From positions 40,964,851-41,028,850 of the forward strand of contig CM074519.1 in assembly GCA_037379345.1 (NCBI GenBank): a stretch of 64,000 nucleotides of DNA. The letters run 5' to 3'. The position numbers and the translations under genes are program-made. Positions within the stretch are counted from its first letter, which is position 1. Each line of letters starts with the position of its first letter. Positions 24,001 through 35,119 of this stretch are shown here, piece by piece. The stretch is from Perna viridis. Its lineage: Eukaryota. The notes below the pieces were generated by a model, which worked only from the letters and a program-made list of their open reading frames with translations, did no database searches and was not told the origin of the DNA.

Positions 24001-25579
24001 TTTACAGATTTAATTTTATATTTTGAAAGAGTAGACAAAATATTAGCTTCGAACAAAAGCAATTTATGTGTAATATCAGCTGAAATCGTGGTGTAACGGT
24101 ATGAATGTAAGGAGATTTAATATCCTCGTTTATTGACTTGCTTAAGTTATTTTAGATCTATTTCAACAGTAAGCCTCTCATAAAAGATTCATGATAGGGG
24201 CAAAAAATATAAATAGAAATGGTACGTGTGTTAGAAAATATACTTTTTGTGATCATAATCCCAAGGACCGGTCCAGGCGCGGATCCAAGGAAGCACGTGC
24301 CGGACGTTCGTCCCCTAAAATTGGGAAATCGTGAAATCGTAGTTTTTCACAAATCCCCTCCCCTCTTGTTTTTCCTCCCTTTCATTCTATTTACGTCCTA
24401 TAACCTGAAATCAGAAATCTAATATCAGTCAATATATTTATTTCGGGGAGGGGGGTGAACAGGCGTATTTCATATTCTCGTTAAAAAAATGCCTTGTAAT
24501 ATCTTCTACAAAAAAGTTCATGACAAATATCAGTACAATGCAGTAATATAATGTGTTTGTCCTGTATTATATTAGAAATGAGACATAATTTAAAGCATGG
24601 ATACGATACAGTATTAGGTTTTGTATTAAAATTTGAGACAAACTTTTATACATTTTTTTGATTGAAAAAAATTGTTACAAAAGTTGTCCTATCAGAGTTG
24701 AAAATGAAAAAAAGAAATTCTGTTAGAGTTCTTTCAGGTATTCGTCCTTTTGCATTACCCCTGTCATTACCCCTTATGCATATTGACTGGTCCTTTACCG
24801 ACTACCTCTTTTAGTGTATGAAAAAATAACCCCTGTTGTATTTGATATATATCAAACATCACCAACATCACCCCAGACCCCAACCATAAATGACTGCCTC
24901 CATAGGTAGACGGCTTGATAATTTTGAGCAAAGGTTATTTATACAGAATAAATATTTTGCAACCTATTTCTCGTTCAACCAAAATATCCATGATATTTTA
25001 AAATCGGATCTGTCAGTGTAAAACACGAATTCAGCAGCTTAGTTCATTCTCTTATGTTATCATTCACGGACAGTTTTTTCGCGTTTTTCTTAGATTTCGA
25101 TTGTAAAGGTGGTATTCTCTCATCATAAATTTTGATGTATAATATAGCACATATATATATTTGTTCTTGTAGATGCCACGATTATTGTCCTCATAAATAA
25201 TGTTTTCAAAATAGACATATTCAATCTAGTTTGGTATTTTGAACAATGAATATAACATCTAATACAATTTGTCAATAAGGGGATGAACCATTTGTACTCT
25301 AGTAACATTTGACTTTGTTGATAAAACACGGCTATATATCTCTGATGTCTGGACCAGAGGGATTATGCGGGACTTCCTATAACACAGGCTGTGTATTTTC
25401 ATTATCAGTTCAAACAATTATTTCTCAATTGAATACGTCATTTCCGTCCCTGTAGTTTATAAATAGTAGACCTATAGTCTCGAATCATATTGAATTTTTA
25501 TATTAGCCTATTATTTCATTTTATTGTCAATTAAAAGACTTTTAAACAAATTGGCACAAATACACATCATACATCAAAA

Positions 25580-27859
25580 TTACATCATTTCAAAATTTAT
25601 ACGAGAATTATTACAGTCCATGGAGTTGGTGTCTATGTTTTTGCTCGTATATACAACAGAAATATTAGAAACAGAAATGTTTAAGTCATTCTGTGATTCG
25701 TTCCCTTTCACAGTTTGCACAGTTTTCTGCAATAAAGATGATAAATCATCCTCAAAGCTTTTCAGACGATTGGAAAAATCAATTGACAAGCCAAGTCCAA
25801 AAAATGCCCGAATATACCTCTGTACAACGTCTCTTATTTTCAACATGTCGTAATTAATAACAATAATTTCATGATTAATATCCGTCCTATAATTATTCCA
25901 ACAATACTTCCATTCTTTCTGTATCCACATTTCAGAAGGCCCATCATAGTTTTCACTTAGAAATATAATATAATTAAGACACAAAGGTGTCACCTCAATG
26001 ATTTCCTCTTCTCGTGGCCTGCCTATTTCACTATCGCGAAACGGAAGGTATATTCTATATCCTTTACGGTCTAGATACGGAACAAGAAACGACAGCAACC
26101 AGTGGCGAAGACCATTATCCTCTTCATTGCAGGATATATATACTTCATAATCATATTGATGGGAGGATATTCGGACGGGCTTTATATGCTTAAAGAGTTT
26201 TCTTCCGAGAATGAATGTTTCATATCTAAACTTAAAGATAATAAAAGCGCAAACAAAAGTAATAATACATACTGTTCCTAAAGAGACTTTTATCCAAAGA
26301 ATGTACTCATCAACTTTCTTGCAGCCGAGTTCATCATCTGTCAGGTAAAGGATGTCAACGTATCCTTCAAATGTCTGGCAATATATCACAGTATTTACGA
26401 TACATTCCTGACGACTTTTGAGCCAGTCTTTCAACCAAAGGTCACCACAATGACACTTCATTCGAATATTACCCATGGTAATTCTACACGGATTGAGAAT
26501 CTGTAATGAGCGAGGAATCCCTGATATTTCATTTCCCGTGAAATTGACAAAGTAAGCAGATCGTAGGAGGGAAAACATTTCTTTTGGTAATTCTTGTATT
26601 TTATTCCTTGACAAGTCTAACTTGCTCACATAGACAAAATAGTTATTCGATCCAGGAATCAGGACACTCGAGAGGTTGGTAATTGCATTGTTTGATAAAT
26701 CCACATTGAGGTTTTTGTATAGTGGTAAAGCGGAGGGCAAACCTGTCCGACCTGTATTAGAACAGTTAATAATAGTCCTCCATCTATCTGGTTGATAGAA
26801 GCAACGACATCTTGGTGGGCATCTTTCCACCATTGATAAATTACAAATCAACCTTTGCAGGTTATTTGAATCTATCAGATCAAGGAGATATACATCTTTT
26901 AACTCCGCTGGCGAGTGACATCTAACTTTGAAATATTCTCGGTATATTTTTTGTGCGACTGCTACAGCTCTTAATGCAAATGGGTAAAATTTACAATCAC
27001 AAAACCAATCATTGTGTCTAAAGTCAAACCCATAAGACATTAGTTTTCCTAAATGAAAAATGTTTGAGAATCCAATATCGGCAAAATTCATAAATTGGGT
27101 AAATTTATTGTAAGAAAAATCAACCATGCCTCCTCGTCCAAAATCATCACTGCCCTTACAGTGCCAATGTAATTCGTTAACTATCCTTGAAATCTGGTTG
27201 TGAGAAAAGTCAACTTCGCAGAAGTTTTCCTGTTTTGACCATGCAATATTTGTAACGTCAGCTGTGGTGAGCAGGTTATGTGAAAAATTCACAAAAGAAA
27301 GACGGCCTTCCATGTTATATAGAAAGCCAGGTTCAATGTATCTCAGTCGATTGTAAGACAAATCTATTTTTTGTATATATTTCAATTCAATAAATGTTTC
27401 TTTCTTCAGATTGTAAATACTATTCCATTTCAGAATGAGTATAACCAAGTTTTTCAGACATTTAATTTTGTCTATATTACTGATATTGTTATAGGAAAAG
27501 TCTATCTCTACAACCTTTTGAAACTCACACAAATTAGTAGGAAGTTCTATCAGTTTGCCCTGCGAACCAGTATAATCCACACGATATTTAGTCCAAAAAG
27601 TTCCCCATTGCCCTTCCGAAAGCTCTGATGTACGGGTGTTTTTGTCGTAAGTAAGGTTTAATGATCTAGTATATTGGTATGATAACTCAGCATAACAAAC
27701 ACAGAATCCTATTTGCAGTCTTGACATAAAGTAACACAAGAGAGGGCATATGATGTCTGCCCTGTTCAAAATTGTCTGTAATCGTTGAGTTAGATCTGTT
27801 ACCGAATATGTCAAAGGGAGCACCGAGAGTGTACATACAAATATCAAATATCCCTTCAT
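25580..27859 (-). CDS. Toll-like receptor, intronless, short multiple-cysteine-cluster (protostome) type, 759 aa from the ATG at 27859
   Basis: Signal peptide MKGYLIFVCTLSVLPLTYS; LRRs (IDFSYNNIS, IDLSYNRL); internal LRRCT NDWFCDC and LRRNT CPPRCRC; further LRRs; LRRCT CHCGDLWLKDWL; TM VSLGTVCIITFVCAFII; TIR YEVYIS...RD..G...IIFLSENY...W..EW. Confidence 0.95.
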   Translation of the reverse strand: MKGYLIFVCTLSVLPLTYSVTDLTQRLQTILNRADIICPLLCYFMSRLQIGFCVCYAELSYQYTRSLNLTYDKNTRTSELSEGQWGTFWTKYRVDYTGSQGKLIELPTNLCEFQKVVEIDFSYNNISNIDKIKCLKNLVILILKWNSIYNLKKETFIELKYIQKIDLSYNRLRYIEPGFLYNMEGRLSFVNFSHNLLTTADVTNIAWSKQENFCEVDFSHNQISRIVNELHWHCKGSDDFGRGGMVDFSYNKFTQFMNFADIGFSNIFHLGKLMSYGFDFRHNDWFCDCKFYPFALRAVAVAQKIYREYFKVRCHSPAELKDVYLLDLIDSNNLQRLICNLSMVERCPPRCRCFYQPDRWRTIINCSNTGRTGLPSALPLYKNLNVDLSNNAITNLSSVLIPGSNNYFVYVSKLDLSRNKIQELPKEMFSLLRSAYFVNFTGNEISGIPRSLQILNPCRITMGNIRMKCHCGDLWLKDWLKSRQECIVNTVIYCQTFEGYVDILYLTDDELGCKKVDEYILWIKVSLGTVCIITFVCAFIIFKFRYETFILGRKLFKHIKPVRISSHQYDYEVYISCNEEDNGLRHWLLSFLVPYLDRKGYRIYLPFRDSEIGRPREEEIIEVTPLCLNYIIFLSENYDGPSEMWIQKEWKYCWNNYRTDINHEIIVINYDMLKIRDVVQRYIRAFFGLGLSIDFSNRLKSFEDDLSSLLQKTVQTVKGNESQNDLNISVSNISVVYTSKNIDTNSMDCNNSRINFEMM

Positions 27860-28269
27860 TCTGTCTATTGTTTTAATCGATATACTCAACCGAATTCGTT
27901 TGTTCCTTTCTTGAATAATCTAAGCTGTGAAAATATTTGTCACACAAATAGAATGCACAAAGTTCCCAACCGTTCCATAATTGACGTTCGCTTCTTTCAA
28001 TTTATTATTTTGTCTAACCGTATAATTGAATTAGATTCAACATACTAAATGACAAGTCTGTTTAATTAAATGATCTGATAGAAAGTCCATTGTAGAATAA
28101 GACTGTTACATAATAACTAAATGTTGTACACTTAAAGTTGAAGGTCACTACCGAAACTAATACGTTATGATATAACTAGTTCCGTTCTGTATCGTCTGAT
28201 TCATTATTGACAAAAGTAGATGCATACGAGTATGAGTTTAGAATGTATCTTTCTAAAATTCCACTTCCG

Positions 28270-28800
28270 GTAATAAGGGTGTAACCTTAAAAAGTAAGAC
28301 AATATTGTCATGATAAACACCCTACGTTGATAAGGCCCAAACACGTACCACATGGCTCCGAACAAAACATTGTCGCTATGAAAATATGTCGTTAAATATC
28401 ATTTCAGAGTTATTCATATATGCACCACATTAAAATTGTTATTTCACATTGCAAACCTTAAAATAGGATCTTAATCCATTTCGGTCAATAAAAACTTGTC
28501 AAGTGTATAATTCGTCAGACAGGAAGCAATTTTACCCATTGAAGCTGTGAACATTTGTGTATCTAAATATAAAGGGAGTGGCGATAGCCATTTGTTTATA
28601 AAGTAAAAAGAAACTGGAAGTGATCCTTAAAAATTCTCGACAATGTTACTATAACTAGTATTTACTTTTTAACAGTGTATGTTGAGCAACTTATCATTTT
28701 TGCTTTTGTCAACAATGAAATGATGTCTATATCCAACGCTTAAAAACAGGAGGTGTAGCTCGATCATGCTGTCCGTCCATTCCCAGTTTTTATTTATAGT
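28270..28800 (+). repeat. Local segmental duplication, partner at ~31085-31530
   Basis: Shared collinear blocks TAAGGCCC(A/T)AACACGTACCACATGGCTCCG, AAAGGGAGTG..GATAG..ATTTGTT and GTCC(G/A)TT(C/T)CCAGTTT. Confidence 0.75.
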
Positions 28801-28804
28801 TTTA

Positions 28805-29975
28805 TAGGGTCTGCAGTCCTACCACAACACTTGTTACTCCCTTAGTAGTATTAATTTAATGTGATTTACCGTCTATGCACTGGATTTATAAACAAAAATC
28901 CATACAAACAACGTTTCATAGCTGGATCTGCAAAATGTACCACCAAACCTCTTTCAAAACATTTAACTTCTATACTCACAACTGTCAAAGAGGGTCTGCA
29001 GTCCTACCACAACACTTGTTACTCCCGTAGTGGTATTAATTCAATGTGGATCCTGAAAAATTCGAAAGATCTTTTGGATACAATCAGTTCAAGACTATTA
29101 TCTGAATATAATAGCATTAAAACCTATGATTTTTCTACACTGTATACTTCTATTCCACATACTCAATTAAAATCCCGACTTAAAAACATTATACATCGTT
29201 GTTTTGCAAAAAGATTGTACACTTAGATACAAATATATAGTTCTTGGTAGAGATTCCTAATACTTTGTAAGAAATAATTCCAAATCATCTTTCAAATAAA
29301 CAGAGGAAGATGTTTACAAAATGCTGGAATTTTTAATCGACAACATATTTGTCCAGTGTGGTGGACGTGTTTTTTCAACGAACGGTCGGCATTCCAATGG
29401 GAACAAATTGTGCTCCTTCACTTGCTGACCTATACCTTCACTCTTATGAGGCTGACTTTATAGCTTATCTGATCAGAAAGAAATCTCAGTTTCCACTATA
29501 TAGATGACGTATTATCTTATTAACCAATCCTGATTTCGGGGATTTGATACATCACATCTACCCAAAAGAACTTGAGATAAAGGATACTGCAGACACTGTG
29601 AAGTCAGCCTCATATCTTGACCCACATTTAGAAATCGATGGTAAAGGAAAAATATTGACCAAACTTTACGACAAACGTAATGACTTTTCATTCAGAATTG
29701 TCAACTTTCCTTTCATCTGTGGCAACATCCCTTCAGCACCTGCGTATGGAGTGTTCATATCACAACTCATACGTTATGCCAGAGCTTGCCGAAACTACGC
29801 AGACTTTTTGTATCGCGCTAGAATTCTAACAAATAGGCATTTTGCTACAAGATTGAAGCCATCACTACAGGAGTAGTTTGGTCGTCATCATGAACTCGTG
29901 GATCGTTATGGTGTATCGATCTGAGCCAAGAAAACTGATTTATTCAATGTGTCATAGTTCCTCTTTCTCATTAGA
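28805..29975 (+). mobile_element. Penelope-like retroelement RT remnant (Naiad-type: RT at the C-terminus, no downstream GIY-YIG)
   Basis: PYKQRFIAGS, IKTYDFSTLYTSIPH, GIPMGTNCAP, YIDDV, LYDKRNDFSFRIVNFP..NIPSAPAYGVFISQLIRYARAC. Long motif A-B' spacer consistent with an insertion-in-fingers domain. Stops and frameshifts. 28805-28860 duplicates 28990-29050. Confidence 0.88.
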
Positions 29976-30374
29976 GAACAGAGATATCCTGATAACCAAA
30001 GTGTCATACTTAACAGGATTTTGACGTCAACGTTAATTGACCTAATGTTAAATTGACATATACCAGCAGCATATTTGTATGTACCTTCTATGAAACCTTT
30101 TCAATGTGGCTAAATTTTATTTGTATATTACTTATATTTTCACTTAAACTACACCAAAACCAACTTGTTTTTACGACACCTTCGGAACACCGGAAAACAG
30201 GATGTGATAATATTACATTTTTACCTTCCGACTAACTAATAGATTGTTATCTTTTTTTTTCGGCGACGACTTAATCAAGATGTATTAATATCCGATACTT
30301 TTTCAAAAGTTTGGAAATACAAATATATAAAAGACATTGAGGACAAAGAAAACATGCTCGTTATTGGTTTCTAC

Positions 30375-30647
30375 ATATAGCCTAGCTGGCCGAGTGATCT
30401 AGGGCGCTGGACTTTGTGCAGGCGGTGTTGCCATAGATGTCACAGCAGTACGAGTTCGAGTCCCGCGGAGGGAACGACCAAAAATTTGCATCGCAAATTT
30501 GACAGTTTTAACAAAGTCTAAAGGATTGTACAACGATACCGATAAAGATGTTAACACACTATAATAAAGTATATAATGGGCAAAATTTTCAGTCAACAAA
30601 TGACCTTCTTCAGTGCCTTAAATAAACTGAGTGTGTATATATATATA
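30375..30647. mobile_element. Short element with a tRNA-like Pol III head (+ strand) and a minimal hammerhead ribozyme (- strand), ending in (TA)n; probable PLE pseudo-LTR or derivative
   Basis: A-box TGGCCGAGTGA at 30387-30397 followed by TCTAGGGCGCTGG (tRNA-Leu/Ser-like). B-box GAGTTCGAGTCC at 30452-30463. Hammerhead core on the opposite strand. TA microsatellite at 30636-30647. Confidence 0.7.
30579..30617 (-). ncRNA. Minimal type-I hammerhead ribozyme motif
   Basis: Minus strand reads GGCA-CTGAAGA-A-GGTCA-TTTGT-TGACT-GAAA-AT-TT-TGCC. Stem I GGCA/TGCC, core CUGANGA and GAAA, stem II GGUCA/UGACU, 1-bp stem III within the palindrome AAAATTTT. Confidence 0.72.
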
Positions 30648-31984
30648 AAGCCAGTGGCTCTTGGAATGAAATAGAAGGCTTGGTTTGATACTGCATGCAT
30701 TACAAACTTTGACATGTAATATTCAGTATGTCCTAAATTAAAGTATTTCACTTGTCTTATATCGATGAAAAGATATTTTTAAGTTAGTAGGCATTCGTTA
30801 CTATGGTTACACATATTTATACACTTACAAGTACGTGAATTGAACGTAGAAACTCACTAAATCAAATGCCTAACCTTATTAAGATGTCGTACGACCATGA
30901 CACAATTCAACGTTTTCGCCGACAAAAATGTCACATACATGGTAACACGTTGGCACGTTGTAGAAATTGAAAAGTTTGCTTGTTTTTTGTATTCAAAATG
31001 TCATATCGTATACGTTACTTTTTATACCACTTTAATGAAGCGTAGCCGCAAACAAAAAATTATCTGATGTGTTTCACTGAATAATGGCGTTACCTTAAGA
31101 AGTAAGAAGATACTGATATGATACGTTAATAAGGCCCTAACACGTACCACATGGCTCCGAGCAAAACTATAAAAATCTATTGTAAAGTAATTATACATTT
31201 ATACACTTCAATTATTTTTTGTCATGTTTTTGACACTGGTCCAAAGTTTCATGTTGAATAGGTTAACATCAGGTGTTACCCCTTTTGGTTAATAAAAGCT
31301 GAAAACATTTTACCTGTGTACTTAAAAAGGGAGTGAAGATAGTTATTTGTTCAAAAGTAAATATTGTTGCAGATATATGCTGATATAACTACAGTTAGTA
31401 TTTGCTTTTTTAAGTACATGGTAAGACGGAATCTAAACAATATTCAAATGAACTGTAAACAATTTGTTCAATGTTGAAATGTTATTTAATTTATCCGCTG
31501 AAAAACAGTTCCGTTCGTCCGTTTCCAGTTTCTAACAACAATTCTTCTGAAACCGCTTAATGGAATTCGGTGTAACATGCACTATTCTTCATTATACGAT
31601 GCCATTTTGAAACTTTTTTTTCCGATTTCATTTGAAAAAAAAACTTTTGTGAAGTTTTATGTTTGCTTTCTTTGAAGGGGACCGGGATTATCACCAAAAT
31701 AGCATTGCTTTCATTTCTCTTGTTTAGACTGTATTATAAGCAACTTATTTTGTGACTTATTTTTTTCACAGGGTTTAATTTCTGATACAAACTTCAGGAC
31801 AGGGAAATATCATGAAACGGAAGTCATTACTTTTTGACCGACGTACGGTTTTCTTATTATTAGAAAATTATAATTGACTTGTACTTGACCACCACAAAGT
31901 GGTTTTCTAGAGAGTCAAAGTAGTTTTTTCTCAGTAATACATTTCATCTACACAAACACTGTTTGGTATAATCTAAGATACTGA

Positions 31985-32482
31985 TTTAATCCATGCTGAT
32001 TTGGTTGTGTCTTTTACTGGACATACCTATAGTGAAAGGATTAATTTGGTCTAATTTGATTAATACTGACTGTGGTTGAACAAATTTGATCAAAGTTGAT
32101 AGGCTTTGGTCGAATTCTATCTATGCCAGCAGGGTTCTGGTCGAATTAGATACATGCTGACAGGATTTGGTTGAATTTGATCCATGCTGACAGGATTTGG
32201 TTGAAATTGATCCATGCTGACAAGGTTTGGTTGAATTTGTTCAATGCTGACAGGGTTTGTTTGAATTTGATCCATACTGACAAAGTTAGGTTGAATTTGA
32301 TTCATGCTGACAGGGTTTGGTTGAATTAATTCATGCTGACAGGGTTTGTTTGAATTTGATCCATGCTGACAGGGTTAGGTTGAGTTAGTAATTTTGTTGA
32401 AAGTCTATTTGACATATGACTGAAATATGTAGCTGACAAAGGTAGGTTGAATTAGATCCATGTTGATAGGGTTTGGTTAAAT
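31985..32482. repeat. 30-bp minisatellite (GACAGGGTTTGGTTGAATTTGATCCATGCT), ~8 good copies plus degenerate flanking copies
   Basis: Direct reading; best conserved at 32140-32385. Confidence 0.9.
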
Positions 32483-32848
32483 GTATTCAATATACGAAAA
32501 CGTAGTATTTCAAGAAAAAATAACTTAAGTAATTTTGTTGAAAGTCTGTCTGATATATGACTGAAATATGTAGCTACATGTATTTGAATTTATTTTTGAC
32601 ATAAACATTTTATCTCGAAGGTGGAGACTTAAACTATTGCAAACATAGAACAACAATAAGTCTAAATTATTTTAATAATGCAATGGTTTTGACGCCGATA
32701 CAGTCTCATGAATACTTCGATCTTAATCACGGTTAATTGTGCATGACAAATTCTTATGACGTAATAAATAATTAAGCAATTTCTGCATGAACACGATAAA
32801 ACACGTTGTTTTGTTTTCAAACATTAAAATTAAACCTCTCTATAGACA

Positions 32849-33355
32849 GCCCCGTGCAGGTCCGGGTGTTAAAAGAATAGGCCTGCAGCAGCGCTAAGCT
32901 TGTCGTATAAGGCGACTAAATAGTGCTCAGACACCTAGCCGGGGGCTAGGCGCTTTGCCCACAGAGCAACTGGGATGTGTGCCCCAGGTGGTGGAATGGG
33001 GTACCCCTGGCGTGTTACATGCTGGGGTTGTCAGGCTATAATACGGAAACCCTGACCGCAAACCATAGTGGTGCACCGTGTTGGAAAAGATGCCACGTTC
33101 CTCGCACGTTAAAGAACCCTGCTGTGGTATTCGATAGGAGTAGGAACCTTTGCGCTCCGCCACAGGAGGCTAAATTCCCCTACCTTATCCATCCCCCCTT
33201 TTTCCAGTGGCAATCAAGATTTGTCGACCCTATTATCCTTGTGACCCATCCTTTTTTTTTCATTTCATGTTCATTTTATCATCCATTTCATGTTCATTGT
33301 CTGAATATAGCTGAAATATTGCTGCTCGGACGTTAAACCCCAACAAACAAACAAA
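32849..33355 (+). mobile_element. Apparently full-length SINE-like non-autonomous retroposon with no tRNA head (probably a LINE 5'UTR + 3' tail derivative)
   Basis: 11-bp TSD CTCTATAGACA (32838-32848 and 33356-33366). Tail ATAGCTGAAATATTGCTG...CGTTAAACCC(CAAA)n. Body motif GCACGTTAAAGAACCC. Second copy at 42772. Confidence 0.85.
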
Positions 33356-33519
33356 CTCTATAGACATCCCTTCTTTTGTAAAATACATTCATATTTCTTT
33401 GAAAATTAAAATACTTGCCAGAACTTCTGTTCTTTGTATTGACATTTGTACTCTCTATACATATTTTACACATAATGAAACAAAAGGGTAAACATAGGAA
33501 CTAGAAATCCAGCGGAAAT

Positions 33520-33810
33520 CAGAGAGTAATCAAGGGAACCAAGACACAAGCGTAGATAAAAAATAATGTAATCAAGGGACAAAGAACAGACATGGAAAAC
33601 AGACACACAAACAAAGAACGTGAAATAACCAAAATAATAAAGTAAGAAAAGTAAATCGGCAAATCTTACTTCACTAAAAACATGGGAAAATGGATTAGGT
33701 GAACCGGAATGGTAAGTGTCTCCTGTTTTCCTAAAGGAAAAAAGACGAAAGGGGAAAGAAAACTATTACACGTTGAAAAAATCAGCTTTCATGATGCAAA
33801 TGGATATACG
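33520..33810 (-). mobile_element. Degenerate Penelope-like 3' fragment
   Basis: AGAGTAATCAAGGGAACCAAG...GACATGGAAAACAGAC matches the family tail. Confidence 0.7.
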
Positions 33811-34494
33811 CGTATATATGTGTCTGGTATAAGGGTTCGGTTGATTTTGTATGATAGTTTTAATTAGTATCTTATTTGATTACTTGTATTAGATACTTAT
33901 CCAATTTTTACTTTTTTAAAAAAAGTTTACTTCTCTTTGTGTATAATATAATAAGGGAGGTGAATCGTTTACCTGTCACAAAAACATTGTTTGGTTAAAA
34001 TTTTGTTGTTTTATCAAAATCTGCGGAAAAAAGAAAAAAAAAAGAAAAAAAAAAGAATTGAAGAAGAAGTAACAACAACAACAACGATAGTAGTCATAAT
34101 AATAAAAATAAATTAGTATACGATGTCTAAAGTTCATTGAACCTGTTGCATATATTTCAATTTTACACAGGTAATCAGTGTTTAACAGCATTTATGCACA
34201 TGAATTTAATATGTATTGTTTATGTAAAATTATCTTCATGACTTTAATGTGAAGGCTTCATTTACTGAATCTTCAAGCGACCTCCGTCGAACGACTTTTT
34301 TGCCTACTTCAAGGTAAAAACTCCTGGTAGGAGGGTTAGTTTCTCCCTATATACGGTAAACGGGGTTTGAATTTTTATGGGTTCATTCTGCAGAAACTTT
34401 TGCTTAGATTTTGGTATATATTTTTACCTTTTAGGCGTATATTTGGTACTATTTTATCTAATAATATCAAACATATTTATGGGTGTTATTCCAC

Positions 34495-35119
34495 AGCTGA
34501 CTTTATAGCTGATTTGATCCGAAAGAAAGAATATCGTTTGGCGAGATCCTTTAATCTTAGTTTCCGCTATATAGATGATGTATTATCTTTAAATAATCCT
34601 AATTTCGGGGATTTGATACATTGCATCTACCCCAAAGAACTTGAGATAAAGGATACTACAGACACTGTAAGGTCAGCCCCATATCTTGACCTACACTTAG
34701 AAATCGGTGGTAACGGAAAACTATTGACCATACTTTAAGACAACAGTGATGACTTTTCATTCAGAATTGTCAACTTTCCTTTCATCTGTGGCATCATCCC
34801 TTCAGCACCTGGTATGGAGTGTTCATATAACAACTCATACGTCATACTCGTTTGTCTACCCCGGGCTTGACTTTTATGAGCAACTCGGTGGGTGTTTCTA
34901 GAAAAGCAGAGGACGCTTACCTTACTGACTGGTGCACCTGTTCCATGCTCCCTGTTTTTAGTGGAGTCCGAGTTGCTCATTTGCTTTTGTTACTTTGTAT
35001 GTATGATTTTAGTTACTTTACGTTCTTTGTTGTGTATGTCTGTTTTCCATATCTGGTCTTTGTCCCTGGATTACATTCTTTTGATTACCGCTATAACCTT
35101 GGTTCCCTTGATTACTCTT
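34495..35119 (+). mobile_element. Penelope-like 5'-truncated copy (RT C-terminus + 3' UTR, internally deleted)
   Basis: ADFIADL..SFNLSFRYIDDVLSLNNPNFGDLI..IYPKELEIKDTTDT..YLDLHLEI joined to the family 3' UTR and tail. Confidence 0.9.

Noticed and set aside
19604-24290. Large transposon bounded by CCTTGGATCCGCGCC (19620) and GGCGCGGATCCAAGG (24276)
   Set aside because: The motifs are exact reverse complements, but their similarity extends outward and no TSD is evident. They are better explained as ends of two separate small MITE remnants.
27860-27889. TLR N-terminal extension MSISIKTIDR from the ORF track
   Set aside because: It begins at a non-ATG codon. The ATG at 27859 directly precedes the signal peptide and matches the paralogue's ATG at 42555.
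30380-30475. Functional tRNA gene
   Set aside because: A/B boxes are present, but the anticodon and variable region are not cloverleaf-compatible and no acceptor stem pairs. Treated as tRNA-derived.
32117-32305. Repetitive protein (MDQIQPNPVS)n
   Set aside because: It is an in-frame reading of a 30-bp minisatellite, with no splice signals or flanking coding context.
34877-34980. SECIS element in the PLE 3' UTR (some clam Naiads encode selenoproteins)
   Set aside because: The ATGA here is fully Watson-Crick paired with TCAT instead of forming the GA/AG quartet, and helix-II/apical AA spacing does not fit. No ordered in-frame UGA pattern was seen in the RT remnants.
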